From Gemmatimonadota bacterium (GTDB lineage Bacteria; Gemmatimonadota; Gemmatimonadetes; Longimicrobiales; Gaopeijiaceae), in the NCBI GenBank assembly GCA_034521595.1, contig JAXHMG010000003.1, positions 2,176,001 through 2,240,000 on the forward strand: a stretch of DNA of 64,000 bases, written 5' to 3'. The notes below the pieces were generated by a model. The model was not told the origin of the DNA. It made no database searches and saw nothing but the letters and a program-made list of their open reading frames with translations. Positions 1 through 8,857 of the stretch are shown here, piece after piece (the first letter of the stretch is position 1; each line of letters opens with the position of its first letter). The translations under genes and the position numbers were made by a program.

Positions 1-252
1 CTGGACGCTCTGGAGGGTGTGGTCGCCACCGACTCCCGTCCCGACGATGTCCTCGCCCTCGATGACGCCCTCGAGCGTCTTTTTGCGCTTGATGAGAGGA
101 AGGGGCGCATCGTGGAGCTCTGTTACTTCGGAGGGCTCACCTACAACGAGATCGCAGACACACTCGACGTGTCCGCGGCCACGGTGCACCGAGACCTCCG
201 CATGGCGAGGGCGTGGCTATATGATGAGCTTCGAGACGACGAGGGATCCTGA
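1..252 (+). CDS. ECF sigma factor, C-terminal region 4 (TIGR02999-like, kinase-associated type); 5' end outside window
   Basis: Frame open from base 1; DVLALDDALERLFALDERKGRIVELCYFGGLTYNEIADTLDVSAATVHRDLRMARAWL is typical of sigma4 in this ECF group. Confidence 0.9.
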   Translation: MDALEGVVATDSRPDDVLALDDALERLFALDERKGRIVELCYFGGLTYNEIADTLDVSAATVHRDLRMARAWLYDELRDDEGS

Positions 253-508
253 GCGTTTCCGCCTCCTGAACCAGCTGTTCGAGATCCTCCTCCGCACCCA
301 TCCGGCCCGCTGGGACGAGGTCGTGGCCGACCGGGCCCTCGACCCGCGCCTGGCCGCGGAGGCCCGAAGACTCCTCGTGCTCGACCGGTCCGGGGCACCT
401 GATCGATACCTGAAGCATCTGGTCACCACGGCCCAGGCAGTGGTGAGAACGGAGGCGCTGGAGACGGACGGAGCCTGGCCCACCGGGAACCGATCCGAGC
501 ACACGTGA
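221..508 (+). CDS. 95-aa protein resembling only the N-terminal helical domain of ECF-associated Ser/Thr kinases (kinase domain absent; possible remnant)
   Basis: ATG 221 overlaps the sigma gene end; DPERFRLLNQLFEILL...DPRLAAEARRLL resembles the PERW.RV.ELF..AL...D..LRAEVE.LL kinase N-terminus; stops before any kinase motif. Confidence 0.55.
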   Translation: MMSFETTRDPERFRLLNQLFEILLRTHPARWDEVVADRALDPRLAAEARRLLVLDRSGAPDRYLKHLVTTAQAVVRTEALETDGAWPTGNRSEHT

Positions 509-612
509 GGGGATTCAGCCGGGTTTGACGCCTGTTGATGTGAATACCCCGGCCATGCCGGGCGAGCATCGATCCTGCCGGCACGGCCGGCGTCAACATC
601 CGGAGTCATCTC

Positions 613-2634
613 ATGAGTCACTCACGTCTGCCCCGGGCACGGGCCTTCGCCTTCGCCCTGATCGCCGGCCTGATGTCCGCCTGCGGAGGAAGCGAGGCGC
701 CGGCCTGCAGCCCCACGGATCCCGGATGCGATGCCGGTGACGGAAATGGGGACGGCAATGGCAACCCGACTGCCCTCGCGGTGACGCAGGTCTCGCCCAA
801 CGACGGCACGACGGGCGTCGCGACGGACGCCGCCGTCACCATCACGTTCTCGCGCGCCGTAGCCGCGGCCTCGGTCACGTCGACGTCCGTCACCGTCGGG
901 TCGCTGGCGGGGACCCGGGACGTGAGCGGCTCCACCGTCACGTTCACACCCGACGACGCCATGGCGGAAGCGACGAGCTACACCGTCTCCGTGACCGGCG
1001 TCACCGACGCCGACGGCGTGGGACTCGACGGGGCGTTCAGCTCGTCGTTCACGACGGTATCGAGCCCGGCTATGGCCGACGCGGGTCCGGACGTGAGCAT
1101 TACCGCCGGCGCCGAATCGACCCTCGACGGGAGCGCCAGCACCGGGTCGGGCGCGACCTACACGTGGACGGTGCTCGAAGGCCCCAGCGTGGGATCGCTC
1201 AGCGGCGCCACGCCGACCTTCACAGCGCCGGACGAGATCGGGAAGATGGTGGTGGAGCTGAGCGTCTCCGGTGGCTCGGGCTCGGACGCGGACACGGTGC
1301 AGGTCTGGATCCTCGAGGACGCGGACCACGCGCTGTGGGTGAGCCCTGCGGGCTCCGACTCGAATCCCGGCACGCGTGAGGCGCCGATAGCCACGATCCA
1401 GGCGGCCATCGACGCGGCGGACGGCGCCGGGAACGGCGCGGACGTCTACATCGCCGGCGGTGAGTACATGGAGTCCGTCACGCTCCGGTCGCGGGTGAGC
1501 CTCTACGCTGGCTGGGACGAGGCCGACTGGTCCCGGAACATCGAGACGCGCCGAGCGGTGGTGCGCGGAGGCGCCACGGCCGTCCAGGGCACGGAGTCCA
1601 ACAACCTGGTGCTGGAAGGCCTGGAGGTCATCGCGGCAGACGCCACGGATCCGGGCGAGAGCTCCGTCGCGGTGTGGCTGCTGAACTCCACCGGCGTCGA
1701 CATCCGCAGAAACATCATCCGTGCGGGCGCCGGGGCCATGGGGGTGTCCGGGACCACGCCGAACCGGACCCGAACCGGATCCACCGGCTCACGGGGCGGC
1801 AATGCGCGGTTGTGTGTGAGCCGCACGTCCGGAGGATCGGGTGGCTCGAATTACCGGAGCGGTGGCAACGGCGGTCTCGGTGGCGGCACCAACCCCACCG
1901 GAGGATCGTCGGGCTCGACGTCCAACGGTGGTGGCGGGGGAAGTGCCGGGACGTCGGGTTCCAAGAACGGCGGACGCGGTAGAACCGCCGCGACGACTGG
2001 ACCCGTGGGCGGAAACGGCGCCGCCGGATCCGCGTTCGGAGCCATCAACGAGAGCGGTGAGTACGTCGCGGAGGCTGCGGGCGGCAACACGGGCACCAAC
2101 GGCAGTGCGGGCTACGGCGGTGGTGGTGGCGGCGGCGCCTACGGCCTGGTGGGTCTCTGCGGCGGCAGCGGCGGCGGGGGGGGTGGCGGCGGCGAGGGCG
2201 GCCAGCCCGGCACCGGTGGCATGGGCGGCGGCGCCTCCTTCGCGGTGCTGGCGGTGGGTCCGGGCTCGATCTCCATCGGGGACAACGAGCTGCACACCGC
2301 GGACGGCGGTGTGGGCGGCCGAGGAGCGACCGGAGGCGCCGGTGGCTTAGGCGGGTCCGGAAACGTGGGCGGGACCCGGGGATGCGACTCCCTATTCCCC
2401 TCCATCTGCACCGGTACGGGCGGTCGGGGTGGGAACGGCAGTGCCGGCGGGCGGGGCGGACATGGCGGCGGCGGCGGCGGCGGTCCGAGCATCGCCGTCA
2501 TCGAGGGCCCGACGACCACCATCACGTTGAGCGGGAACACCTTCATGCTCGGCGAAGGCGGGGCCGGAGGCCCGAGCTCCGGCAACAGCGGCCCAGCCGG
2601 CGAAGCCGCCGAGCAGAAGAAGCTCACGCCGTGA
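613..2634 (+). CDS. Surface lipoprotein: Ig-like (Big_5) + PKD-like + DUF1565/beta-helix region + Gly-rich PE-PGRS-like C-terminus
   Basis: Lipobox LMSAC; VTQVSPNDGTTGV...ITFS (Big_5); ADAGPD..LDGSAS (PKD); GSDSNPGTREAPIATIQAAID (DUF1565); long GGxGG tracts. Confidence 0.8.
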   Translation: MSHSRLPRARAFAFALIAGLMSACGGSEAPACSPTDPGCDAGDGNGDGNGNPTALAVTQVSPNDGTTGVATDAAVTITFSRAVAAASVTSTSVTVGSLAGTRDVSGSTVTFTPDDAMAEATSYTVSVTGVTDADGVGLDGAFSSSFTTVSSPAMADAGPDVSITAGAESTLDGSASTGSGATYTWTVLEGPSVGSLSGATPTFTAPDEIGKMVVELSVSGGSGSDADTVQVWILEDADHALWVSPAGSDSNPGTREAPIATIQAAIDAADGAGNGADVYIAGGEYMESVTLRSRVSLYAGWDEADWSRNIETRRAVVRGGATAVQGTESNNLVLEGLEVIAADATDPGESSVAVWLLNSTGVDIRRNIIRAGAGAMGVSGTTPNRTRTGSTGSRGGNARLCVSRTSGGSGGSNYRSGGNGGLGGGTNPTGGSSGSTSNGGGGGSAGTSGSKNGGRGRTAATTGPVGGNGAAGSAFGAINESGEYVAEAAGGNTGTNGSAGYGGGGGGGAYGLVGLCGGSGGGGGGGGEGGQPGTGGMGGGASFAVLAVGPGSISIGDNELHTADGGVGGRGATGGAGGLGGSGNVGGTRGCDSLFPSICTGTGGRGGNGSAGGRGGHGGGGGGGPSIAVIEGPTTTITLSGNTFMLGEGGAGGPSSGNSGPAGEAAEQKKLTP

Positions 2635-2674
2635 CCCGACGCGTTCCTGAGTTCCGGGGGGCGGCATGCTCCCC

Positions 2675-2726
2675 GGGACGCCCATCCCGAGCATCATTTC
2701 GGGACGCCCATCCCGAGCATCATTTC
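2675..2726. repeat. Perfect 26-bp tandem duplication GGGACGCCCATCCCGAGCATCATTTC
   Basis: Copies at 2675-2700 and 2701-2726, just upstream of the start at 2738. Confidence 0.95.
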
Positions 2727-2737
2727 CGGAGCACCCC

Positions 2738-5143
2738 ATGAGTAAGCATCTCAGAACCAGCTGGAGAGCCATTCTCGGCGCCCTCCTGCTCCTCTCCATC
2801 CCCACCGCCTGCTCGGAGAGTCCGACGGACCCCGGCGACGGCAACGGAATCGCCGACCAGAGCGTCAGCGACTACATGCAGAGTCTGGGGTCGTGGGCGG
2901 CATTCGCCCCCTCCGAGCCCGACCAGCCGCCCACCGCTACAGGAGACCCGGTGGAGCTCCCCCCGGACACCCTCAACGTTCCGGAGGTGGTGGAGGATGA
3001 GGATGGCAGCGCCCGGGTGGAGGTGATCCCGAACGTGGTCTATCAGTGCACGGAGACGCCACACACCCTGACGAAGAACCCGCAGCAGATCGTCATGTAC
3101 AACCCCGACCGCGAGATCCTTTGGGCGGGGTCCCTCATCCAGGGCCGGAGCCACCGGGACGGACGGGGGGCGCTTCTCGGCCTCACCATCGCCGAGCGGA
3201 CACCCATCCAGGTGTCGATCCCCGATCTACCCACGGGCGCCAACTTCCGTGAGGTGGCGAATCCCTCCCTGGCCACCGTGGAAGCAGCCGTCGGAGAGAT
3301 GCGCGGGAACGCGACCGTCTCGGGACTCGCCGCCCCCTCCACCATCACATTCCGACAGACCGTCTCCCACTCGGAGCGGCAGTTCGCGCTCTCCGTGGAC
3401 GTCTCCGGGCACTACATGGGCTTCTCGGCGGCGGCCAGCGCCGACTACAGCAGGAACGCGTCCGAGACCACCATCACCGCCCACTTCTTCCAGCGGATGT
3501 TCGAGGTGGTGGTGGCGCCCCCGCAGACCCCCGGGGCCTTCTTCAGCGACACCTTCACCCAGGAGAAGCTCCAGCAGCAGGTCGACCTCGGGCGCATCGG
3601 GCCGGACAACCTCCCTGTCTACGTGTCGAACATCGTGTACGGGCGCATGATGACGTTTTCCATTACGTCCAGCGCCAGTGAGGAAGAGCTCCGCGGCACC
3701 TTGCAGGCGGCGTACAACAGCATCGGCGGCGGGGCCGAAGCCTCCATCTCCGCGAAGCAGAGGACCATCCTCCGGGAATCGCGGATCTCGGTGACGTCGC
3801 TGGGCGGACCGGCGGAGGCCACCCTCGCGGTGATCCGCTCCGGCGACTGGTCCCGGTACTTCACCGACGACGCGCCCATCTCCAGCGCGGCGCCCCTGTC
3901 CTACACCTTCAGGAATCTGTCCGACGGCAGCATCGCCTCGGTGACCGAGGCCACGGAGTACAACCTGAAGGAGTGCACGCCCCGCCCGTCGAGTCCGGGT
4001 CTCTTCGATTTCGCGTCGCTCCAGGCCACCAGCCTGGGGATCCCCACACCGGTACGTACGCGCATCGCCGACATCGACGGCGACGGCGACGGCCGCATGG
4101 ATATGGTGTGGAACCACATGGGCGCGACGAACCAGGTGGTCGTGGGCCTGTCCAATGGCGATGGGACCTTCGACATGATGTCTCCGGTGACGCATCCCGA
4201 GAGCCCGGTGGAGGGGTGGGCCAACTACGAGACCGTGGTGGGCGACTTCAACGGCGACGGCACCTCCGACCTGGGATGGGCCTATGCGGGAACGGCCGGG
4301 AACAAGGTCTATCTGGGCCTGGGGAACGGTGACGGGAGCTTCGGCACACCGAGCGTGCGGATCCTGGGGACGACGAACGTCACCGGGTACGAGGCGCTGA
4401 CCGGCGACGTGAACGGCGACGAAGACGACGACCTGATCTTCAATCGGCGGGGTGGGACGTACAACGACGTCTACACCGCCGTCTCCGACGGCTCCGGGAA
4501 CTTCAGCCTGACCGCGGTTCGCAGGCACCCCAACACGAGAGGATGGCCTACCTTCGATCCGTTCGTGGGCGACGTGAACGCGGACGGCCGCGCCGACCTC
4601 CTATGGGCGAGGTTCAACCGCTCGTACTTCGCGCCCGGCAACATCGATGGGACGCACAGTCTGCCCTCGACCTTCTACGATCCGCCCAGCACCGGCGCCT
4701 CGTTGCCCGTGCGCGTGGCGGGCGACGTCGACGGTGACGGCCGCACGGACCTCGTCTGGGCCGACACGACCACCGCCGGCACGAATGGCGTGGTGGTGGG
4801 CCGCTCCACGGGCACCGGTATCTCGTTCCTGTCCCGCACCGACGGAAACCTGCAGAACGGAGTGCCCCTCAGCGTGCGCTCCGGCGACATCAACGGAGAC
4901 GGCCGGGCCGACCTGCTCTGGAACACCCAGGGCGCGGTGAACCGGGTGTATGGAAGCCTCGGTACCGCCAGCGGCGGGCTCGACTTCTCACCGGCCAACC
5001 AGCTCCACCCGGTGTCCACCGACTGGGATCAGTTCACCGTGTACCTCGCCGATGTGAACGGCAACGGCAGGCAGGACGTGATCTGGAACCATGCCGCGTC
5101 CGAGAACCGCATCTACGTGGGGATCTCGAGAAGGCAGAACTGA
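2738..5143 (+). CDS. Cholesterol-dependent cytolysin-like (thiol-activated cytolysin family, CDCL) lipoprotein with C-terminal FG-GAP beta-propeller
   Basis: Lipobox IPTAC; ILWAGSLIQG, ERTPIQVSIPDLP, PVYVSNIVYGR, VTSLGG and APLSYTFRNL match the CDC pore-forming core; seven D-x-[ND]-[GA]-[DN]-x-x-x-D repeats follow. Confidence 0.85.
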   Translation: MSKHLRTSWRAILGALLLLSIPTACSESPTDPGDGNGIADQSVSDYMQSLGSWAAFAPSEPDQPPTATGDPVELPPDTLNVPEVVEDEDGSARVEVIPNVVYQCTETPHTLTKNPQQIVMYNPDREILWAGSLIQGRSHRDGRGALLGLTIAERTPIQVSIPDLPTGANFREVANPSLATVEAAVGEMRGNATVSGLAAPSTITFRQTVSHSERQFALSVDVSGHYMGFSAAASADYSRNASETTITAHFFQRMFEVVVAPPQTPGAFFSDTFTQEKLQQQVDLGRIGPDNLPVYVSNIVYGRMMTFSITSSASEEELRGTLQAAYNSIGGGAEASISAKQRTILRESRISVTSLGGPAEATLAVIRSGDWSRYFTDDAPISSAAPLSYTFRNLSDGSIASVTEATEYNLKECTPRPSSPGLFDFASLQATSLGIPTPVRTRIADIDGDGDGRMDMVWNHMGATNQVVVGLSNGDGTFDMMSPVTHPESPVEGWANYETVVGDFNGDGTSDLGWAYAGTAGNKVYLGLGNGDGSFGTPSVRILGTTNVTGYEALTGDVNGDEDDDLIFNRRGGTYNDVYTAVSDGSGNFSLTAVRRHPNTRGWPTFDPFVGDVNADGRADLLWARFNRSYFAPGNIDGTHSLPSTFYDPPSTGASLPVRVAGDVDGDGRTDLVWADTTTAGTNGVVVGRSTGTGISFLSRTDGNLQNGVPLSVRSGDINGDGRADLLWNTQGAVNRVYGSLGTASGGLDFSPANQLHPVSTDWDQFTVYLADVNGNGRQDVIWNHAASENRIYVGISRRQN

Positions 5144-5146
5144 CGC

Positions 5147-6631
5147 TCATCGACCCGCGGCGCCAGGGAAGCGCCCGTCGGGTGTGTCCCTATCCGTGAC
5201 GAGCCGACCGCCCTCCCCGAGCGCCGTGGCCGGCAGATAGACCCCCTCCGGGGTGCGCAACCACCAGGCGCCCGTCTCACGCCGCTCCGCCGGCGTGGTG
5301 AACCGGTAGCGCCAGAACCCGGCCCGGATCCAACGGGGCGGCCCCTCCGGGAACGGATCGCCGGCCATGAGGGCGAGGGTGGCCGATTCGCCCTGGAGGA
5401 GCTTCCGGATCAGCGGGACGAACCAGTGCTGGTGCGCCGGCGGCGAGAGGGGCACGAACCACAGCAGCCAGTCGAGGCGCAGGTGGTAGGGCGCCACCTG
5501 ACGCGGTCGCCGCAGCGGGTCGCCGGGCTTGGCCTTGAACGTGTACGGCCGCCACGTCGCCGTCTCCGGGTCGTCGTCCCGGGTCCCTTCGATCACCAGC
5601 TCGTGGCGCGTGCGCGTCACGCTCCCGAACGCCCCGTACGATCCCACGAGATGGAACGGGTTGTAGTGCACGTTCATGCGTTGGCGGCGCGAGACGAGGT
5701 TGCGCACCGGCCGCCAGCTCAGGACGAGCACCACGAGCCCGACCACCACGGTCAGGGCGAAAAACCCCACCGGGAGCGCAGCCTCCACCGGCGGCGTGCC
5801 CGGGAGCACCGGCGCGAGCCACCCGTCCGGAACCGCCGAGAACGCCAACACGAGCGTGAGCGCGTTCAGCCACGCGAAGTTGCCGGAGAGGAGGAGGTAG
5901 CTCTGCGTGAGCACGATCAGGCAGGCGGCCGCCCCGGCGACGGGCTGCGGAAGGAAGAGCGCGAAGGGCGCGGCGAGCTGGGTCAGGTGATTCCCCGCCA
6001 CCTCGAGGCGGTGGAGCGGCTTCGGGAGGTGGTGGAAGTACCAGCTCAACGGGTTCGGGATCGGCTGGGTCTCGTGGTGATAGTCGAGACAGGTCAGGTC
6101 CCTCCAGCACCGATCGCCCCGCAGCTTGATGAGCCCCGCCCCGAGCTCCACACGGAAGAGCAGCCAGCGGAAGCAGAAGATCGTGATCACGGGCGGCGCG
6201 AGGTGGGCCGGGCCGAGGAACGCCGCGAAGAAGCCCGCTTCCAGCAGGATCGACTCCCATCCGAACGAATAGAACGTCTGACCCACGTTCACGATCGAGA
6301 GGTAGAGCGCCCAGAGGGCGAGCCAGACCGCCACCCCGACCCACACCGAAGCCCGCTCCGGAAGCCCCGCGATCACCGCGGCCGACAGCAAGATCCCTAT
6401 CCAACACACGCCGGCGAACAGCCGATCCGAGTAGCGAAGGTGGAAGAGCGACGGCGCTTGCTTCCACGACACCCGCGCCAGAAACCGTGGCACGGGAAGC
6501 AGACCCCGAGCCCCGATCAGCGCCCGGAACTGGTTGAGCGCCGAGACGAAGGCGATCAGGTAGACGAGGCCGAGGCCCCGGAGCAGGACCAGACGACCGA
6601 GCGCGTAGTCGGGAGCGGTGAAGACGTCCAT
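5147..6631 (-). CDS. Lipase maturation factor (LMF1) family membrane protein
   Basis: GQTFYSFGWESILLEAGF, GAGLIKLRGDRCWRDLTCLDYHHETQPIPNP and APYHLRLDW motifs. Confidence 0.92.
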   Translation of the reverse strand: MDVFTAPDYALGRLVLLRGLGLVYLIAFVSALNQFRALIGARGLLPVPRFLARVSWKQAPSLFHLRYSDRLFAGVCWIGILLSAAVIAGLPERASVWVGVAVWLALWALYLSIVNVGQTFYSFGWESILLEAGFFAAFLGPAHLAPPVITIFCFRWLLFRVELGAGLIKLRGDRCWRDLTCLDYHHETQPIPNPLSWYFHHLPKPLHRLEVAGNHLTQLAAPFALFLPQPVAGAAACLIVLTQSYLLLSGNFAWLNALTLVLAFSAVPDGWLAPVLPGTPPVEAALPVGFFALTVVVGLVVLVLSWRPVRNLVSRRQRMNVHYNPFHLVGSYGAFGSVTRTRHELVIEGTRDDDPETATWRPYTFKAKPGDPLRRPRQVAPYHLRLDWLLWFVPLSPPAHQHWFVPLIRKLLQGESATLALMAGDPFPEGPPRWIRAGFWRYRFTTPAERRETGAWWLRTPEGVYLPATALGEGGRLVTDRDTPDGRFPGAAGR

Positions 6632-6680
6632 CGGCGGAGGACATGGTAGCCGCGGGGCCGGGGCTGCGCACGTGGGGTCC

Positions 6681-6870
6681 GTTCCCCGACCAAGTCACCG
6701 AGGCACTCTTCACCGTGAGCCTCGCGAACGCCTTCACCTGGTACGAGGACGTGCCCTGATGGGACGTCGAGATCCCGGGCAACGAGGGCGCGAACGACGA
6801 CGGCGTCGGGACGTCCGAGCGCGTGCCGGCGCCGACGACGCTGACGTTCAGCTTGCGGATGCGGTTCTGA
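6681..6870 (+). pseudogene. Orphan 3' fragment of a paralog of the SusC-like receptor at 15247-18228, with an in-frame stop
   Basis: 190 nt align to 18039-18228 with 13 mismatches by manual count, mostly synonymous; TGG to TGA at 6757-6759; no start or 5' part. Confidence 0.9.
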
Positions 6871-7142
6871 GGAAGTTCGGCGGTCGTGACCCGGCCCATG
6901 ACCGCCACCGCTACGTGACGGTCTTCTTCATGTGCTCGTCCAAACTATAACCGAAGCCCACGCCCAGGCTGGCGAACGCGCGCTCCAACACGGCTCGGTT
7001 AACGCCGCCACCCGGTAGCGCATCGAATAGTTGTCAACGGACGGCGACGACACGCCCCAGAAGCGTCTTGCACGCGATGGCGTGGTCCAAAGCGTCTCTT
7101 CTTTGGAAGGTGTGGCCCGTGCTCTATGGTTCCGTACCCCTA

Positions 7143-7907
7143 ATGTTTGATTCGGACGTCCTGGCATACCGGGTCGCACGCGCCTTGACCACACGGGGTC
7201 TCGAGGCCCGACGGGTGGTCTCGGCGGCAGAGATGCGGGCACTCGCCGGGCAAAGTGAGGGCGTCCAGGTACTCACCGTCGCTGCCTTGAGCCAGTCCGA
7301 GATGAGGACAGCCGTCGATGAGATCAGGGGTCTCGAGCACGACGTCCGGTTCATTCTTCTCGCCCACCCGGAGGAACTGACGCCCATCAATCGGCTCCCG
7401 GACCCATGCGAAGTCTGCCTCCTCCCCTTCGAGCTAGGTCTTCTTCCAGAGACGATTCTGCGGACTCGATTCGAGCTCTGGAGGACGGAGATGGTTCGCC
7501 GGATCCGGACCGCCGATCGGCTGCCCTTCATCCTACGGGCGGCACTCGTCGGCATCGTGCGTCAGCGGATGCCGCCGGTGGGCGCTCCGGGGCGCCGCCT
7601 GCGCACGGTGACAGACATCGCCGAACACATCGGAATGTCTCGCGTCCACCTCTCCCGGATCGCGAGCACCAGGAAGTGGGATCTGCCTCGACTGGCCGAT
7701 TCGTACCTGGCCCTGCTCGCTGTCCGATCTCGTGAGATCGGAAGACACTCCTGGGATGCCATCGCGTGGCAGCTCGGCTACGAGTCCCAGGCGGGGCTGA
7801 GTCGACTGATGACGCGGGCCGTGGGCGCGGAATTGCGGAGTGAGCCGACTCTGGAATCCGCGATGGCGGCCTGGGACGATCGACTCGAAGAGCATCTGGC
7901 GGGTTGA
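7143..7907 (+). CDS. AraC/XylS-like transcriptional regulator with degenerate receiver-like N-terminus (start uncertain, 7068-7143)
   Basis: TVTDIAEHIGMSRVHLSR (HTH1) and SWDAIAWQLGYESQAGLSRLMTRAVG (HTH2) fit the AraC double-HTH pattern. Confidence 0.75.
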   Translation: MFDSDVLAYRVARALTTRGLEARRVVSAAEMRALAGQSEGVQVLTVAALSQSEMRTAVDEIRGLEHDVRFILLAHPEELTPINRLPDPCEVCLLPFELGLLPETILRTRFELWRTEMVRRIRTADRLPFILRAALVGIVRQRMPPVGAPGRRLRTVTDIAEHIGMSRVHLSRIASTRKWDLPRLADSYLALLAVRSREIGRHSWDAIAWQLGYESQAGLSRLMTRAVGAELRSEPTLESAMAAWDDRLEEHLAG

Positions 7908-7985
7908 GACCGCGGAACTCACCCTGCCTCTGACCCAACCGGACCGCATCGCTGAGGATGGGTGGTGTCTCCTCCATCGGATGCA

Positions 7986-8181
7986 CGCTCCACGCGGCTC
8001 GAACCATGCCCGGCATCGACGCTCACATCCCACCAAAGATCGAATGTTACGCATGGTGCGGTTTTGTTACACCCGCGCAAGCAGGGCCCCAGCCGTAACC
8101 CCAATAATGATCTCACACTCGGAATGCACCATCGCGGGCCGATGGTGCGACTCCGATTCTTCATCCCATCTTGGAGGCATC
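7986..8181 (+). promoter_or_regulatory. Conserved cassette leader, copy 1: TGTTAC-N14-TGTTAC direct repeat (8045-8070), AT-rich -10-like box (~8102-8110), hairpin (8126-8148), GGAGG RBS
   Basis: Clearly homologous to 12884-13078, with the same motifs at near-identical spacing. Confidence 0.7.
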
Positions 8182-8634
8182 ATGTCTGACCAACAGAAGT
8201 CCCTCGCGAAGCGGCTCGTCGGGATCACCCTGGGCGCCCTTGTCCTCGCGATCGGCCTGTGGGCGATCCCAGGGCCGGGGATCGCTGACGCTTCGGGCGC
8301 GGCTGATCACCAGACACTCACGACGGAGGACGGGGTCTTCGAAGTCTTCGCAAACATCCCCGTAGACGAGATCAAGACTGGCCAGTTCTGCCAGGGGTAT
8401 GCCAATATCTACAACGGTACGCCTCCGTATGACATCACATGGAGCGGACAATTCACCAATGCCGATGCGGGGCCCGGTCCGCTGGACGACGAGCAGATCG
8501 TCAACGGCTACGTGGACGAATCAGCACAGTACCTGACCCTCGAGGTCATAGATAGCACCCCGGACACGGCCACGCACACGGCGTTTCTGAATATCGACGA
8601 CAACAACGATTTCAACGACGACTGCGGGGCGTAA
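8182..8634 (+). CDS. Small secreted acidic single Ig/PKD-like domain protein with two conserved Cys (cassette protein A1, 150 aa)
   Basis: GGAGG RBS; Sec signal peptide; GTPPYDITWSG and YLTLEVID Ig-like motifs; GQFCQ...FNDDC; paralog at 13079. Confidence 0.85.
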   Translation: MSDQQKSLAKRLVGITLGALVLAIGLWAIPGPGIADASGAADHQTLTTEDGVFEVFANIPVDEIKTGQFCQGYANIYNGTPPYDITWSGQFTNADAGPGPLDDEQIVNGYVDESAQYLTLEVIDSTPDTATHTAFLNIDDNNDFNDDCGA

Positions 8635-8857
8635 CGCTCCGACCCGGTGATGCGGTGTCAGGGTTGCCCTGGAGCCCGGGGGCCGCCCTGACGCTCGCCA
8701 CGTTAAAGATTCCGGCAGGTTCGGCTGGGCAGTGTCAGGGCGCCACCAGCTTCGCTGTGCAGCGGCACTTTCGGCCATGATCGAACGTGTGCTTCAATAA
8801 CGCCGTAGGTGATGACGACATGATCGCTGGAAGAGCAGCTAGGAGGCTTCCTTGGGC

